From: Hydrolagus affinis | Lineage: Eukaryota | Length of the DNA stretch: 64,000 bases | Reading direction: 5' to 3' | Assembly (NCBI GenBank): GCA_012026655.1 | Contig: JAAILG010000651.1 | Span: 1 to 64,000 of the forward strand | Shown here: in pieces, positions 1 through 10,596 of the stretch | Numbering within the stretch: position 1 is the first letter of the stretch | How the letters are laid out: every line of letters starts with the position of its first letter | Made by a program: the position numbers and the translations under genes | Notes under the pieces: generated by a model | Told to the model about the DNA's origin: nothing | What the model saw: the letters and a program-made list of their open reading frames with translations, nothing else | Databases searched by the model: none

Positions 1-157
1 CTCCCCCCTCCCTCTCGCCTCTCTCTCTCTCTTCTTCTCTCTCTCTCTCCACCCCCTACCCTCCCTCTCTCTCTCTCCTCTCTCTCACTCTCCTCTCTTG
101 TCTTCTCTCTCTCCCCCCCCCCCCCTCCCCACCACCCCCTCCGCTCCCTCCCTAACA
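1..157 (+). repeat. Polypyrimidine (CT)n/C-run tract, probable 5'UTR or proximal promoter
   Basis: Almost entirely C/T, with only three G in 157 nt, ending at the start codon. Confidence 0.85.
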
Positions 158-750
158 ATGGCTGGATTGTACAATCCCACCTTGAAGACACTGGAAGATC
201 TGACTCTGGACTCGGGCTATGGAGGAACAGGAGGTTCGTGCAGATCCCTGAGTCTGTCCTCGTCCAGGTCCAACTCCCAGGCTTTCCAATCAGCCCACAA
301 CAAGGGCAACTGGTGGTACCTGTCGGGCTCTATGAACAGCCGCAACAACAGCTGGGACACGGTCAACACGGTCCTCCCTGAAGACCCCGAGGGCAATGAC
401 ATCCTCTCCAAATGCCCCCGACTGCCCGAGTTGGAGGAGTTCCCCTGGACGGACGAAGACGCGGCCAAGGTCCTGAGGAGAGGGAGACCCAGAGAGCTCG
501 GGATACCTCTGGCTCAGGAGGCGGTCAGGAGGCTGTCTTTCCTGCTGAGGAGATCCCTGGTGAGGTTGTCCAGGGAGGCGCAGAGACTCAGCGTGCTGCA
601 CTCCAAGTGCACCAAGTTCGAGATCCAGAGCGCCATCAGGCTCGTCCTGTCCTGCTCGTTGTCCGAGAGGTGCATCTCTGCCTCGGTCAAAGCCTTGTCC
701 CTCTACAGCATGAGCGCTGGCGACAGGCTCAGGAAAAGCAAGAGCTCCAG
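158..750 (+). CDS. ABTB2: ABTB2 (ankyrin repeat and BTB/POZ domain-containing protein 2), coding exon 1
   Basis: ATG at 158 in good Kozak context (acaATGg). Translation [22 protein letters not shown]...[23 protein letters not shown]...[13 protein letters not shown]...[20 protein letters not shown] matches the vertebrate ABTB2 N-terminus as recalled. Similarity ends at the donor AG|GTACCT (750/751, phase 2). Confidence 0.95.
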
Positions 751-811
751 GTACCTGCCCAGCGAGAGAAACGCGCACTCAATAATACCGCAATCACCGT
801 GATATTGACGG

Positions 812-880
812 CAATAGTAATCCCCGCATTTCCAATGCCGCGTCTTATCGCGCCTTCGAGACGCCTCAAAGCGCTTCCCC
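812..880 (-). mobile_element. Diverged, GC-rich SINE/L2-type 3' tail
   Basis: aatagtaatccccgcattt...gagacgcctcaaagcgcttc aligns with the reverse complement of the SINE tail (aataatccttgcattt...gacgtctcaaagcgcttc). Confidence 0.6.
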
Positions 881-1096
881 CGACCCACCGCGCAGCGAAG
901 CGGTTGAGTCTTTTGTGGGCAAAGACATAAGAAATTGAGTTGCTTGAGTCGCTCGTTTTCAAGTGAAGTTTCGCCTCGTGACTCGTTTGAACAGTGCCTG
1001 ACGATCTCCCAGTTGTTAGTTGGTTGCCGGGTTGGTTTCTAGAGGTAAATCATCTTTTTCTCCTCCCCGCCAAGTGCCTACGAGTTACCAATGTTA

Positions 1097-1451
1097 TCCC
1101 TGTGGCTCAGTGGTTAGAGCACTTGTCTTTCAAGCCGGGGAGACCAAGCTGGGGAGACCTGTGTTCGAATCCAGGCAGGTCAGGGCGAAACCTTGGGCAA
1201 GTTTCCTTACTCCACACACACACGCCTAATAATAATCCCTCCAAATAAACCCACAATAATAAAATTGGTCATTTCAATCCACGACTGTTTGTGGGGGACA
1301 CTGCTGTGCGCAATTGGCTGCCGCGATTCGCCCACAAATATATACAGTCAATTCACTTTACAGTATATTCTGTGAAGCGCTTTGGGACGTCGATAAGATG
1401 TGGAAAGCGCTATATCAAATGCAAGGATTATTATTGTTATTATTATTATTA
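1097..1451 (+). mobile_element. Full-length tRNA-derived SINE (3' Deu-domain segment, L2-type tail, (ATT)n)
   Basis: A box TGGCTCAGTGG, B box GTTCGAATCC, body gactgtttgtggg..actgctgtgcgcaattggctgccgcg, tail gtgaagcgctttgggacgt...gcgctatatcaaatgcaagg(att)n. Many copies in the window. Confidence 0.9.
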
Positions 1452-2440
1452 TCCCAGCGCATCAGTCTGGAGCGATCGGATTTCCAATAGAATTCGGGCG
1501 CCTCAAACGCGTAAAATTCTCCGTAATTTGGCAGATCTTGCTTCAGAGAGGGCGTAGTGATGGTAAATGTCACTGTCGTTCAGTAAGAGGTTCTGGGGTC
1601 TGAGACACATCGCTGTGGGGCGGAGTGTTGAAGATGTATATAAATCTATCTATATATATATATATATATATAAAGGTACATATATTATCTATACATCTAA
1701 AAATGGGGTGGTTTCCAGTGCCTTGGGACATCCTCAGCATGAAAGGCGCGATTACAAATATAATTTGTATGTTTGCAAACTATGGCGACTCTTCACACAG
1801 TTGGCGTTCCCTTCCCGCGCCATTCTGCAAGAGGCAAACTGAGTTGTTGAAAGCAACTGTGAGGGAGACTGTACAGGGGGTAAAATGCAGCTCGTGTGTA
1901 GAAGGCAGATGGCTCATAAGAGCAGAGTGGAGGAAACTGAACTGTGCACCTGGCTTATGTTAGCCAAGGTGCAATAATTCAACGAAGCACAGCACAGTGC
2001 AATAATTCAACCCCACCACCACCCCCTCCCACCCCACCACCACCCAATAGGTTATAGTAAGAAAACTTCCACCAGTGTTCCTGCACCCGATCGCTGTACA
2101 TTCGCAGGCTCTGCTGGAAGGTAGGTACCCATGGGGGACGTCATGCAGGACATTCTCGCATCATCTGCTTCTAGTTACACATATGCAATGTGTCAGTGTC
2201 CCAGCAATGGCAACCAGATACGTGGAGAAGGTAGCACCTCACAAGTCTCCCTCCAGTAGACAGACCACCGCACAAAGCAGAGACTCTGACGGAGGAAGTT
2301 AACTCACACATTACCGTTTTATTTGTTTGTTTGTTTTTAAAAAAAGAAACCATAGAAGATAGATGTGTCACTAATGAACTCTTTCAATTCCTTCAAGAGT
2401 CAGGTAAAGCAATGAGCCCCAAGCTTCCACAGAAAAAATT

Positions 2441-2760
2441 CAGCCAGTTTTATTAGCCTCTCTGCCTCCACAAACTGGAGCTCATATCCTGTCTTCCCTC
2501 CGCCTCACCCCCTTCTCTTGCCTCCTTCAAGTCCCGTGTGAGACCTTCCTTTACAGTATATTCCGTGAAGCGCTTTGAGACGTCTAGATTAGAAGACGTG
2601 TAAAGTGCAAAATCAAATGCAAGGATTATTATTCCTATTTGACCCTTGGCTTTGGCCAGCCTCCCACCTCCTGCCTTCCACCACTCCCCCCCCCCTCCCC
2701 CCACTCCACCCCCAACTCCTAGCTAGGGCGCTATACAAGTGTAACTTGTGATTGTTGTTT
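2441..2760 (+). mobile_element. Old L2 LINE 3' end interrupted by a SINE tail (2551-2631)
   Basis: Resembles the L2 3' end at 17372-17872 (ccttcaagtcc..agaccttcct|atttgac...gggcgctatacaagt..ttgttgtt). The insert is flanked by TTCCT repeats. Confidence 0.7.
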
Positions 2761-3189
2761 TTTCGACATGCATACAGGGCCAATGCTCACTCCACCAGCT
2801 AGCCTTCTTCCGGAGGCAGTAGAGCACAAGATGCCAGCGATGGCACCTCCAGCTCCCTCATCTCTCTGTTGCAATTGCAAAAGAGCTATTGGAAAGTCAA
2901 ACAGCCAGCAGCTGCTTGCAATTTAATTTGTACAGTTTCTTCCTCCACTTAATTGAATGTGGTTCTTATTAATGGCGGCCCATAAAAAAAATCCCATCGT
3001 TTTTAATGGGCAACCAAATGTCGAGGCGATATCGATTTTCCTTTATTCTGCGTCGGTTTGTGAATGTTTGCATTTCGGCAAGAAAAGGAATGAATGCTTC
3101 CCACGTTGTGGGGCCAGAGATGGTACGGAGCAATCATAATGGTCAGCACGGCACACATAAGTACACAGTAATTACACAGCTTTGGAGCA

Positions 3190-3310
3190 AAGCTGCACGC
3201 AAATTGGCTGCCGCGTTTGCCCACAAAATGCTCAGTCACTCCACTTTACAGTATATCCCATGAAGTAGTTAGGGAAACGCCCCAAACCAAATGAAGGGTA
3301 TTATTATATT
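3190..3310 (+). mobile_element. Diverged SINE 3' half
   Basis: gcaaattggctgccgcgtttgcccacaaa...cactttacagtatat...tattatta. Confidence 0.75.
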
Positions 3311-3823
3311 AATATTATAATTAGCTTCAACACTCTGGGCTCAAGTTAAGAAGAGTACTAACTAATGCACCTGTGAGAATTTTCCATTTACTAAACCAGT
3401 TTCATCTGTGGCTTTGAGTGAGATCACTGATTCACTGCTAAACTGAGGCTTTCCCCCCACCCATCCCAAGAGATTTGTACTTTTCCCTACTGGAAACTAA
3501 GCTGAACTTAAGCTTTGATATTTAGAAAGTGCGCTTTAACTTAAGAGAGGGCGAGAGAGACCGAATTCCAATCTAGATCCTAGCGATGATTTGAAGTGTT
3601 ATAATTTAGTGTCCACTAAACCCTAATCTTAAGATATAAAAAATTGTCCAATATTAGCCCAAACGAAACCAATGGAAAGTCAGAAAAGGACTGTTAGGAT
3701 TGATGAAACATACTCCCGAATGGAACTTGTAAACCACCCCTGCTTTACGTTGACCTGATTTTATTCGTTAGAGTACGCTAATGGTAACCAAGGGAATTGA
3801 CGGAACTGCTCCTAACATTTCAG

Positions 3824-4116
3824 GTGTGGCCTCACCTTCTCGGTCGGACGTTTCTTCAGATGGATGGTGGACACTCGAGTGTCAGTTCGCATCCATGAGT
3901 ACGCTGCAATCTCGCTAGCCGCCTGCCTGGAGAGCCTGTTGGAAGAGATTGGGATCAGGGTAGCGGCTGGCCAGGGCCCCGAGGGAGGAGGAGGGCTGCA
4001 CGAAGGCCGGCTGGAGCTCTCAAGCGAAACGCTGGAGATGTGCATCAACAACGATGCTGAACTCTGGGGAGTACTGCAGCCTTACGAGCATCTCATCTGT
4101 GGCAAGAATGCCAACG
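3824..4116 (+). CDS. ABTB2: ABTB2 coding exon 2 (293 nt, H2A-like fold)
   Basis: Acceptor tttcAG|G at 3823/3824 completes the Arg codon (AG+G). Reads [31 protein letters not shown]...[24 protein letters not shown]. Donor G|GTAAGC at 4116/4117 (phase 1). Confidence 0.95.
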
Positions 4117-6373
4117 GTAAGCAGAGTAATGTGTCACGGGAGCCATGTGTTCTTCTGTTATCCATCTTGTAATCATTTCGCGTCTCATTTGCACTCTTCA
4201 CCGACAATCACGAAAGCAATTGGTGAGCTGAAAACCAAAGCCTCTTTAAAAGAATTTAGATTTATTGTATTATAACCCTTTGGAGGTCGAAAGGCATTTT
4301 TATTGCATGGTAGCAGTCATTTGAGTTGCACATGCCTCTATGTAGGACTTTTTTTGGCGGGGTATGAAAAAGTCAACTTTAACTGTAAAGAATAATGAGG
4401 CAGTGAGGAAGCCGCAAATTGACATGTTAACCAGCGGATATACATCCATTCTTGTTGCCGCTACATGTTGGTAAAGAGCATGTCCCCGGAGAGAGAGAAG
4501 AAAAGAGGACAACTGTTCGTGTTTGGGTAGCACTTGGGGAAACAGAATCCATCTTTTTTTCCCCCAAAGTGTTTTATTAACACTTGGTTGCTACCAGTAT
4601 GAGTGGAGTGAATTGCAAATCCTCACTGAGAAAATTCTGCTGGAGTTCCTGCTCACTGTTGACATTCTGACTGACAAAACCCAGTGTTGCTATTTGCTAA
4701 ACTCCCCTTCTTACTAGACCGTCAGTCAACTGAGAGGTGAGCAGAAAATGACCTGTCTTACAACTTGTAAGAAAACAAGTTGTGGAAGGTTTAAGTGTCT
4801 TACTTAGCCTATCTTGATACTAAGGCCATCTCGCTACAGTAATATTTGTTTGAGTTTCTTCAGCAACTTGGAAAGTGAGAATTTGAAGTGCTAAAGGAAT
4901 TAGGGGGTGGGAGGGGGTTGAATCCTTATACTTTTAGTGTCAGTGTTTTAAGGACCGGATGTCCTTTATAAAGACCGAGGTGGTATACAAGTAATGCATT
5001 CCATAACACTTTCTTCCTTCTAAGGTGACAGCATAAGGCGAAACATCACGGTACAAGCATTGGATCCAAAGTTGTCTGACCTCTGCCGGTTCCTGGATTG
5101 CTTTTATGTAATCTGAATTGCTCGGATTACATTTAAGAATGAACCGTTTGCAATGCAGATCATTTCCATTCATTTGTGGTGCAGATAAGGCAGTAGGTCA
5201 CTCCAGTTTTTGGAATCGTGAAATACCTCCCATGTGTATGTGACATCTTAAGTTCAAAGTATTCCACATTTTGTTTCATAATAGCACGTTCACAAAGAAT
5301 AGTCTGTAAAATCCTCATGTTTGTTGTTATAAATCCCGATCAGCATGCAAAGGAAATGTTCTTTTGATAAAAGGAGGTGTTTAAAGCCTGCTCTGTTGTC
5401 ATTGTGATGCAGTCAAGTTGCTTCAGTCCTCAAAAGATCATCTCTTTCCTATTGGGAACTAGATGACACTTGTGTTCTTTATTCCAAAGATTTATGTCTC
5501 GGTAGTTTCATTTGTACAAAGTCAACAAGCAAGTGATTCTGTTCCTAATCTGGTTAAGAATGGGAACAAAAGCACACGGATAACTGCGATAATATTTGAA
5601 CAACTTTCCAAAGGAAACATGGTGCAGATGAGATAGTTTCAGAGTGTTTACAAAGGTTTACCCTTTCCTGCCTAGAAGTTTCAGTCATCTGCATTCATCA
5701 TTTTAAAAACAAGCATTTGGACCTGCTTTATGGGGATAACGGGTTAAATAAAATGTGTTGTCAGGTATTGGGTGGATTCAATTACAAATTGGCTGTGAAT
5801 GAGGTGATGGGTGAAGAGGAAATTACACCTCTCTGGTAACTGCTAACTGGTGGGGACTCACTGAATGGTTTATCAGGATTTAATTTGGGTGAGCTTTAAA
5901 CTGTTGTCCTTACAGCATCAGCCTGGATAGGGGGAAACGCTGTTTGAAACATAACTTATATTAACAATATGCTACCACTGCTTTATTCGTTTGGATTTCC
6001 ATTTACCTTCAGTAATAGCCATTTAAAAGTCCCAATACAACAGAAATTGCAAAATTATTGCTGCAGTGTAATGAGTGGTATATGTGTGTGTGTGTGTGTA
6101 AGTGTGTGTATAAATAAATACTTTATTTACACAGAATATATTTTCTGACTATAAGCCAATTTGTTTCAAGCTTTTACATAAGGGAATAGAGGCACAAGCA
6201 TTTAGCAAAGAAAATAGCGCAGTTTTATTAGTCAGTTATTGCGCAATATAACTAGGTAGCATGTTTACAGAGGCCATGTTCTAACCGACTCTACATTAAA
6301 AGTGTAGACTTCTGCCAGACCAGTTTGTGCTTGTGGCACATTTAATGCAGGTAGAAATGACCACTATCTCTTG

Positions 6374-6672
6374 AATAATAATAATACTTGCATTTGATAG
6401 ATGCTTTACACGTCTTCTAGATGTCTCAAATCGCTTCACGGAATTGAACCGACTGTATATTTGTGGGCGAAACGCAGCAGTCATTTGCGCACAGCTGTGT
6501 CCCACAAACAGTCATAGATTGAAGTGACCAATTTATTATTGTTTTTTGTTAAGGGATTATTATCAGGAGTGTGGAGTAAGGAAACTTGCCCAAGGTTTCG
6601 CCCTGCCTGGAATCGAGCCCAGGATCTCTCTCGCTTGTAAGGCGAGTGCTTTAACCACTGAGCTACAGGAAT
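6374..6672 (-). mobile_element. Full-length tRNA-derived SINE
   Basis: Reverse complement of the family, from the (aat)n tail to accactgagctacagga. Confidence 0.9.
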
Positions 6673-7015
6673 CAAATATTACAGTTCAGAATCTTTGGCA
6701 AAGTAGCAAAGCATGGCAGTATGACACCAGCCATTGTTGGCTTACACTTTGGTTTTGGCATGGATTTTTAAGCAAGCAACCATTCAAAGACATTGACAAT
6801 CTCCTGCTTTAGACCATTGTAAATTGTCTTCTACAGTAATCCTGCATTTATAACCAGAGACTCAAAACTTTTTATTTAAACTGCAATAAAATCATATTTT
6901 TTTTAAATAGTGTAATAAACGTCTCAGCCTTGTGAGTATTTAGGTCAAAAATATCCCTTTTGATGGGCGTTTCAGGGGGCTGAACGATTAATATTCAAAC
7001 AAATAAATAATTTAT

Positions 7016-7190
7016 AGTGTCCCACAAACGGTCGTGGATTGAAATGACCAATTTGTTATTGTTTTTTGTTAAGGGATTATTATCAGGTGTGTGGAGTATG
7101 GAAACTTGCCCAAGGTTTCGCACTGATCTGCCTGGATTTGAACACAGCTTGTAAGGCGAGTGCTCCAACCACTGAGCTACAGGACTCCAC
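7016..7190 (-). mobile_element. SINE 5' half (head and part of body)
   Basis: gtgtcccacaaac...aaacttgcccaaggtttcgc...accactgagctacaggactccac. Confidence 0.85.
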
Positions 7191-7869
7191 AATAAGAAAT
7201 GCAAGTTGATGCTGTATTCCCCACTGAGCTTCAAATTGGCTGAAGCCTCAATACGCACAGTGTAATAGCTGTGTGAGAGTATGAACTGCAGTGTCACTGA
7301 AAGTGATTTGCTGGGCTGATGCCTACATCTCTTACAAACAGATATTCTGAAGAAAAGTTATAAAATCATCTTTGTATGAAGGTGCCCTCTTTTAAAACCT
7401 GCCTCTACGCAGAATAACATGGGATTCCTGAACAACCAGGAGGCAGTAGGGCTATTAACATGTCACATTAAGAGCTACCATGAAATTGATAAGTGGACCC
7501 TGGGAAAGTTCACTATCATACTGTATTGTAGCGGTCGTTCATTCGGGGATCTGACAGTTATTCTTGTGTTTTACAGCTGCAACTTACATGTCTGTAAATT
7601 GTGGGGTTGTAATCACAGCTGAACACGATTTTTGTCCTCACCAAAATCTACATTACCTGTCAGCGGGGAGGCGGGGTGGTGAATTCTGATTTTGCCCTTT
7701 CTAGCCCAGCAGCAATCAAGCCAGTGTTTGAGATCAGCTAACGCAGAGACTGGAGATCAAGCCTGTTGCCCAACTAACTTGTAGAAGCAAACTTGCCGGG
7801 CAACTTAGCAATGTTAATTAGATAAATGATCAGTTGGCGATTATAAACTATGAGCCGATTTGTTCCAAT

Positions 7870-8038
7870 TAAGACTGTTTGTGGAACACTGCTGTGCACA
7901 GTTGGCTGCCACGTTGCGACCACAAAATATTCGACCACCGTCAATTCACTTTACAAGGTATTCTGTGAAGCGCTTTGAGATGTCTCTGAAAGACATCATA
8001 CACTGAATCAAATGCAAGGATAATTATTATGATTATTA
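7870..8038 (+). mobile_element. SINE 3' half
   Basis: gactgtttgtggaacactgctgtgc...gtgaagcgctttgaga...aaatgcaagga. Confidence 0.8.
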
Positions 8039-8797
8039 CACCGTTCTTTTCACACTAAACACATAGTTTTACTTTGTGCAGATTCCTGTTCTCATTTTTC
8101 TCCAGTTATAGTTTATTTGCAAATTACTGGATCTCACATTTATAAATTTGTTACACTTACATTAAATAAACAACTTTGTGATGTTTATAACATTATATAA
8201 CATTATATAACAACTATAACATTGTTGTTATAGTTAGATCAAGTCAAAGTGTTGTAGAAATCACAACAACCTCCAGGTCTAAACACTGTAACGCATTGCT
8301 GCAGCTTCTTTTGTGTTAAAAAAAATGGAAAACCTAAATAGGTTTCACTGTGCGTTTGATAGTAAAAAGCTAACTAAATTCAATCGGTTATTAAAGGGTG
8401 AAGTCTAGCCTGGTTTCCAGAAGGAAAGCATGCTTCAGAGGGTTGGAAAGGAGTGTGGTGAGAGCTGGCGGAGATTGTTCTTTTGTGCTGCTGCTAGGCG
8501 GACTGATAGGATCTGGGTTTGATGTACTGATTCTATCATAGCAGAGTTATGGGTTCCTTTCTCATGCCTTTCTTCACATTCCCTGCAGCTATTAGAAAGT
8601 CCTGCTCAACACCACTTCCTTATCATATCTGCTATTTGCTTCCTGACACGATTATGGCATAAAGCCCCCAATTTTTTTTAAAAAGGTTATTAAATAACTG
8701 TAGATTATCATCATCAAGTCATATTTCCCCTATCATTATCTTATGTGCTATTAATAAGACATTTTTCATCCACATTTGTCGTTTCACAGAATATATT

Positions 8798-9095
8798 GTG
8801 GAGTCCTGTAGTTCAGTGGTTAGAGTACTCGCCTTGCAAGCGAGAGACATGTGTTCGATTCCAGGCAGGTTGAGACCTTAGGCAAGTTTCCTTACTCCAC
8901 ATGCCTGATAATAATCCCTGGAAAAATAATTAGTCATTTCAATCCATGACTGCTTTTGGGGTATTGCTGTGCGCAATTGGCTGCTGCGTTTCGCCCACAA
9001 ATGTAGAGTCAATTCACTTTACAGTATATTCTGTGAAGTGCTTTGAGACGTCTAGAAGACGTGAAAAGTGCTATTTCAAATGCAAGGATTAGTAA
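8798..9095 (+). mobile_element. Full-length tRNA-derived SINE nested in an older minus-strand copy
   Basis: gtggagtcctgtagttcagtggttagag, B box gttcgattcc, complete body and tail. Confidence 0.9.
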
Positions 9096-9215
9096 TGTAA
9101 AGTGGATTGACTGTGTATTTTGTGGGTGAAACGCAGCTGCCAATTGCACATGTCAGTGTCCCACAAACAGCCATGAAGTGAGTGACAATTTTTTTAAAAT
9201 TGGAGGGATTATTAG
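9096..9215 (-). mobile_element. Older SINE body (its tail part lies at about 8750-8795)
   Basis: tgtaaagtggattgactgt...gccaattgcaca..gtgtcccacaaacag...ggagggattattag continues cacagaatata at about 8785-8795. Confidence 0.8.
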
Positions 9216-10596
9216 CCCAGGAAATATTAATATAAGATATTAAATTGAATGAGCAGAGATTTGTGTAAAATTCTCTTTACTGGAGTACATTTGTGTTTTC
9301 AAAGCAAAGAGCGTCTAAACTACAGTTCTTAGATTTTCTTATCTCCCCCAACTTTAGATCATGTAATTCACAAAGATAGAGTGAGGGCTGTATTGGTTGT
9401 ATTCATCAGGAGTGTTTAATGTTACTCTATCTATAAAAATCACCATAAAAGCATCATTGTACAAAAGGGCATCAAATGTACCGGAATTTTGACAAGTTTC
9501 AAACAGCCGCTGAATGAATATTTGGCAAGCAACACAAATGCTTCTGAATTAGGAAAAACACGCATTTCTGACCAAAAGAATGTTTTTTGCAATGATTATG
9601 TTACTCTATTCTAGGCAACAAGTGATCATAAAATGATAGGGTTAACAGGAGAGAGCATTTACCCATCAACTGCTGGTGCCAGATACCACACTTAGTGATG
9701 TACTATATTCTCAATTCCCTTCTCAATAATCTTCTTTGCCACTCAAAACACAACCACAAAGGAAAAGTCTTATCATTAACGAGAGAAAGAAAAATAAAAG
9801 CACTATACAGCACTTAGTACAACACAGCTCTGCACCTCGGCCAGAATACAATGGAATATTTTTGCATCTGAAAAATCTTAACAAATCATACCAGGCAGTT
9901 TGACTACCGCATCTGTATTCATGCTCCCGTTTGCTTTCAAAGGAGCCTTTGACACACTTTCCTTACTGCAACCCAGTCTTTTATTATCCAGACTTACTGA
10001 GTCGCTTATCTCAAAGGTTTCTATCCATCTCTCAATCTCAATCAACCCGCCAGAGAGACACCGTGCACACCATTCCACATGTAGGGAATTTTCTAAGTGT
10101 CGGCTGCTTTGCATGTGTGGAATGCTCAGTCTGGTTTGTAGCATGTGTTAAGACAAAAAAAAACCTAAATTTTGCAAGCATCTTGTTTTCTGATTCTATG
10201 AATTCCCTCAACTTCTGTCAGGTACATTGTAATTAGGAGTAAGTCAGCCCCTCACCTCTTTATATACATCATGCTCATTATGTTAAAACTAATCGCTTTA
10301 CTCTGCCTTGCAATGGCTCTCAACGTCATTCACTGTTTTCATTTTATTCCCAAACTGGCTGGAAATTAATATTTCTTTTCCTTAGCACAAAACTGAAGAC
10401 AGGACTTTTAAAAGGACATTTGTGCGCTCTGCTGTTTTCCTCTCAACAGAGTCTTCAGCCAACTTGGCTTGAACACCAAAGACACTAGAGAAACAAACAA
10501 AACTGTAATATCAGTGGGGGGTTTTCTGGATGGCATTTGCATAAATACAATTTCCTGCAACCAAATCCTGTGAATGTTGGCACGTAGGATTTGACT

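Larger units (their letters stand above)
751..3823 (+). other. ABTB2: ABTB2 intron 1 (3073 nt, phase 2, GT-AG)
   Basis: Bounded by GT and AG. Removal restores the continuous [16 protein letters not shown] sequence. Confidence 0.92.

Noticed and set aside
98-157. N-terminal extension MSSLSPPPP... from a TTG start in the ORF track
   Set aside because: Low-complexity UTR sequence. The ATG at 158 has Kozak context and matches the ABTB2 start.
751-802. Read-through C-terminus [16 protein letters not shown] and overlapping ORFs 290-778 and 412-930
   Set aside because: Intronic beyond the donor. The overlapping ORFs are shadows of a GC-rich exon.
1968-2011. Small local duplications (gtgcaataattcaac x2; also near 8186, 14404, 28568, 40685, 61673)
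   Set aside because: Ordinary slippage-type microduplications.
8798-8870. tRNA-like sequences at SINE heads
   Set aside because: They have A/B boxes but no complete acceptor stem and continue into SINE bodies, so they are not tRNA genes.
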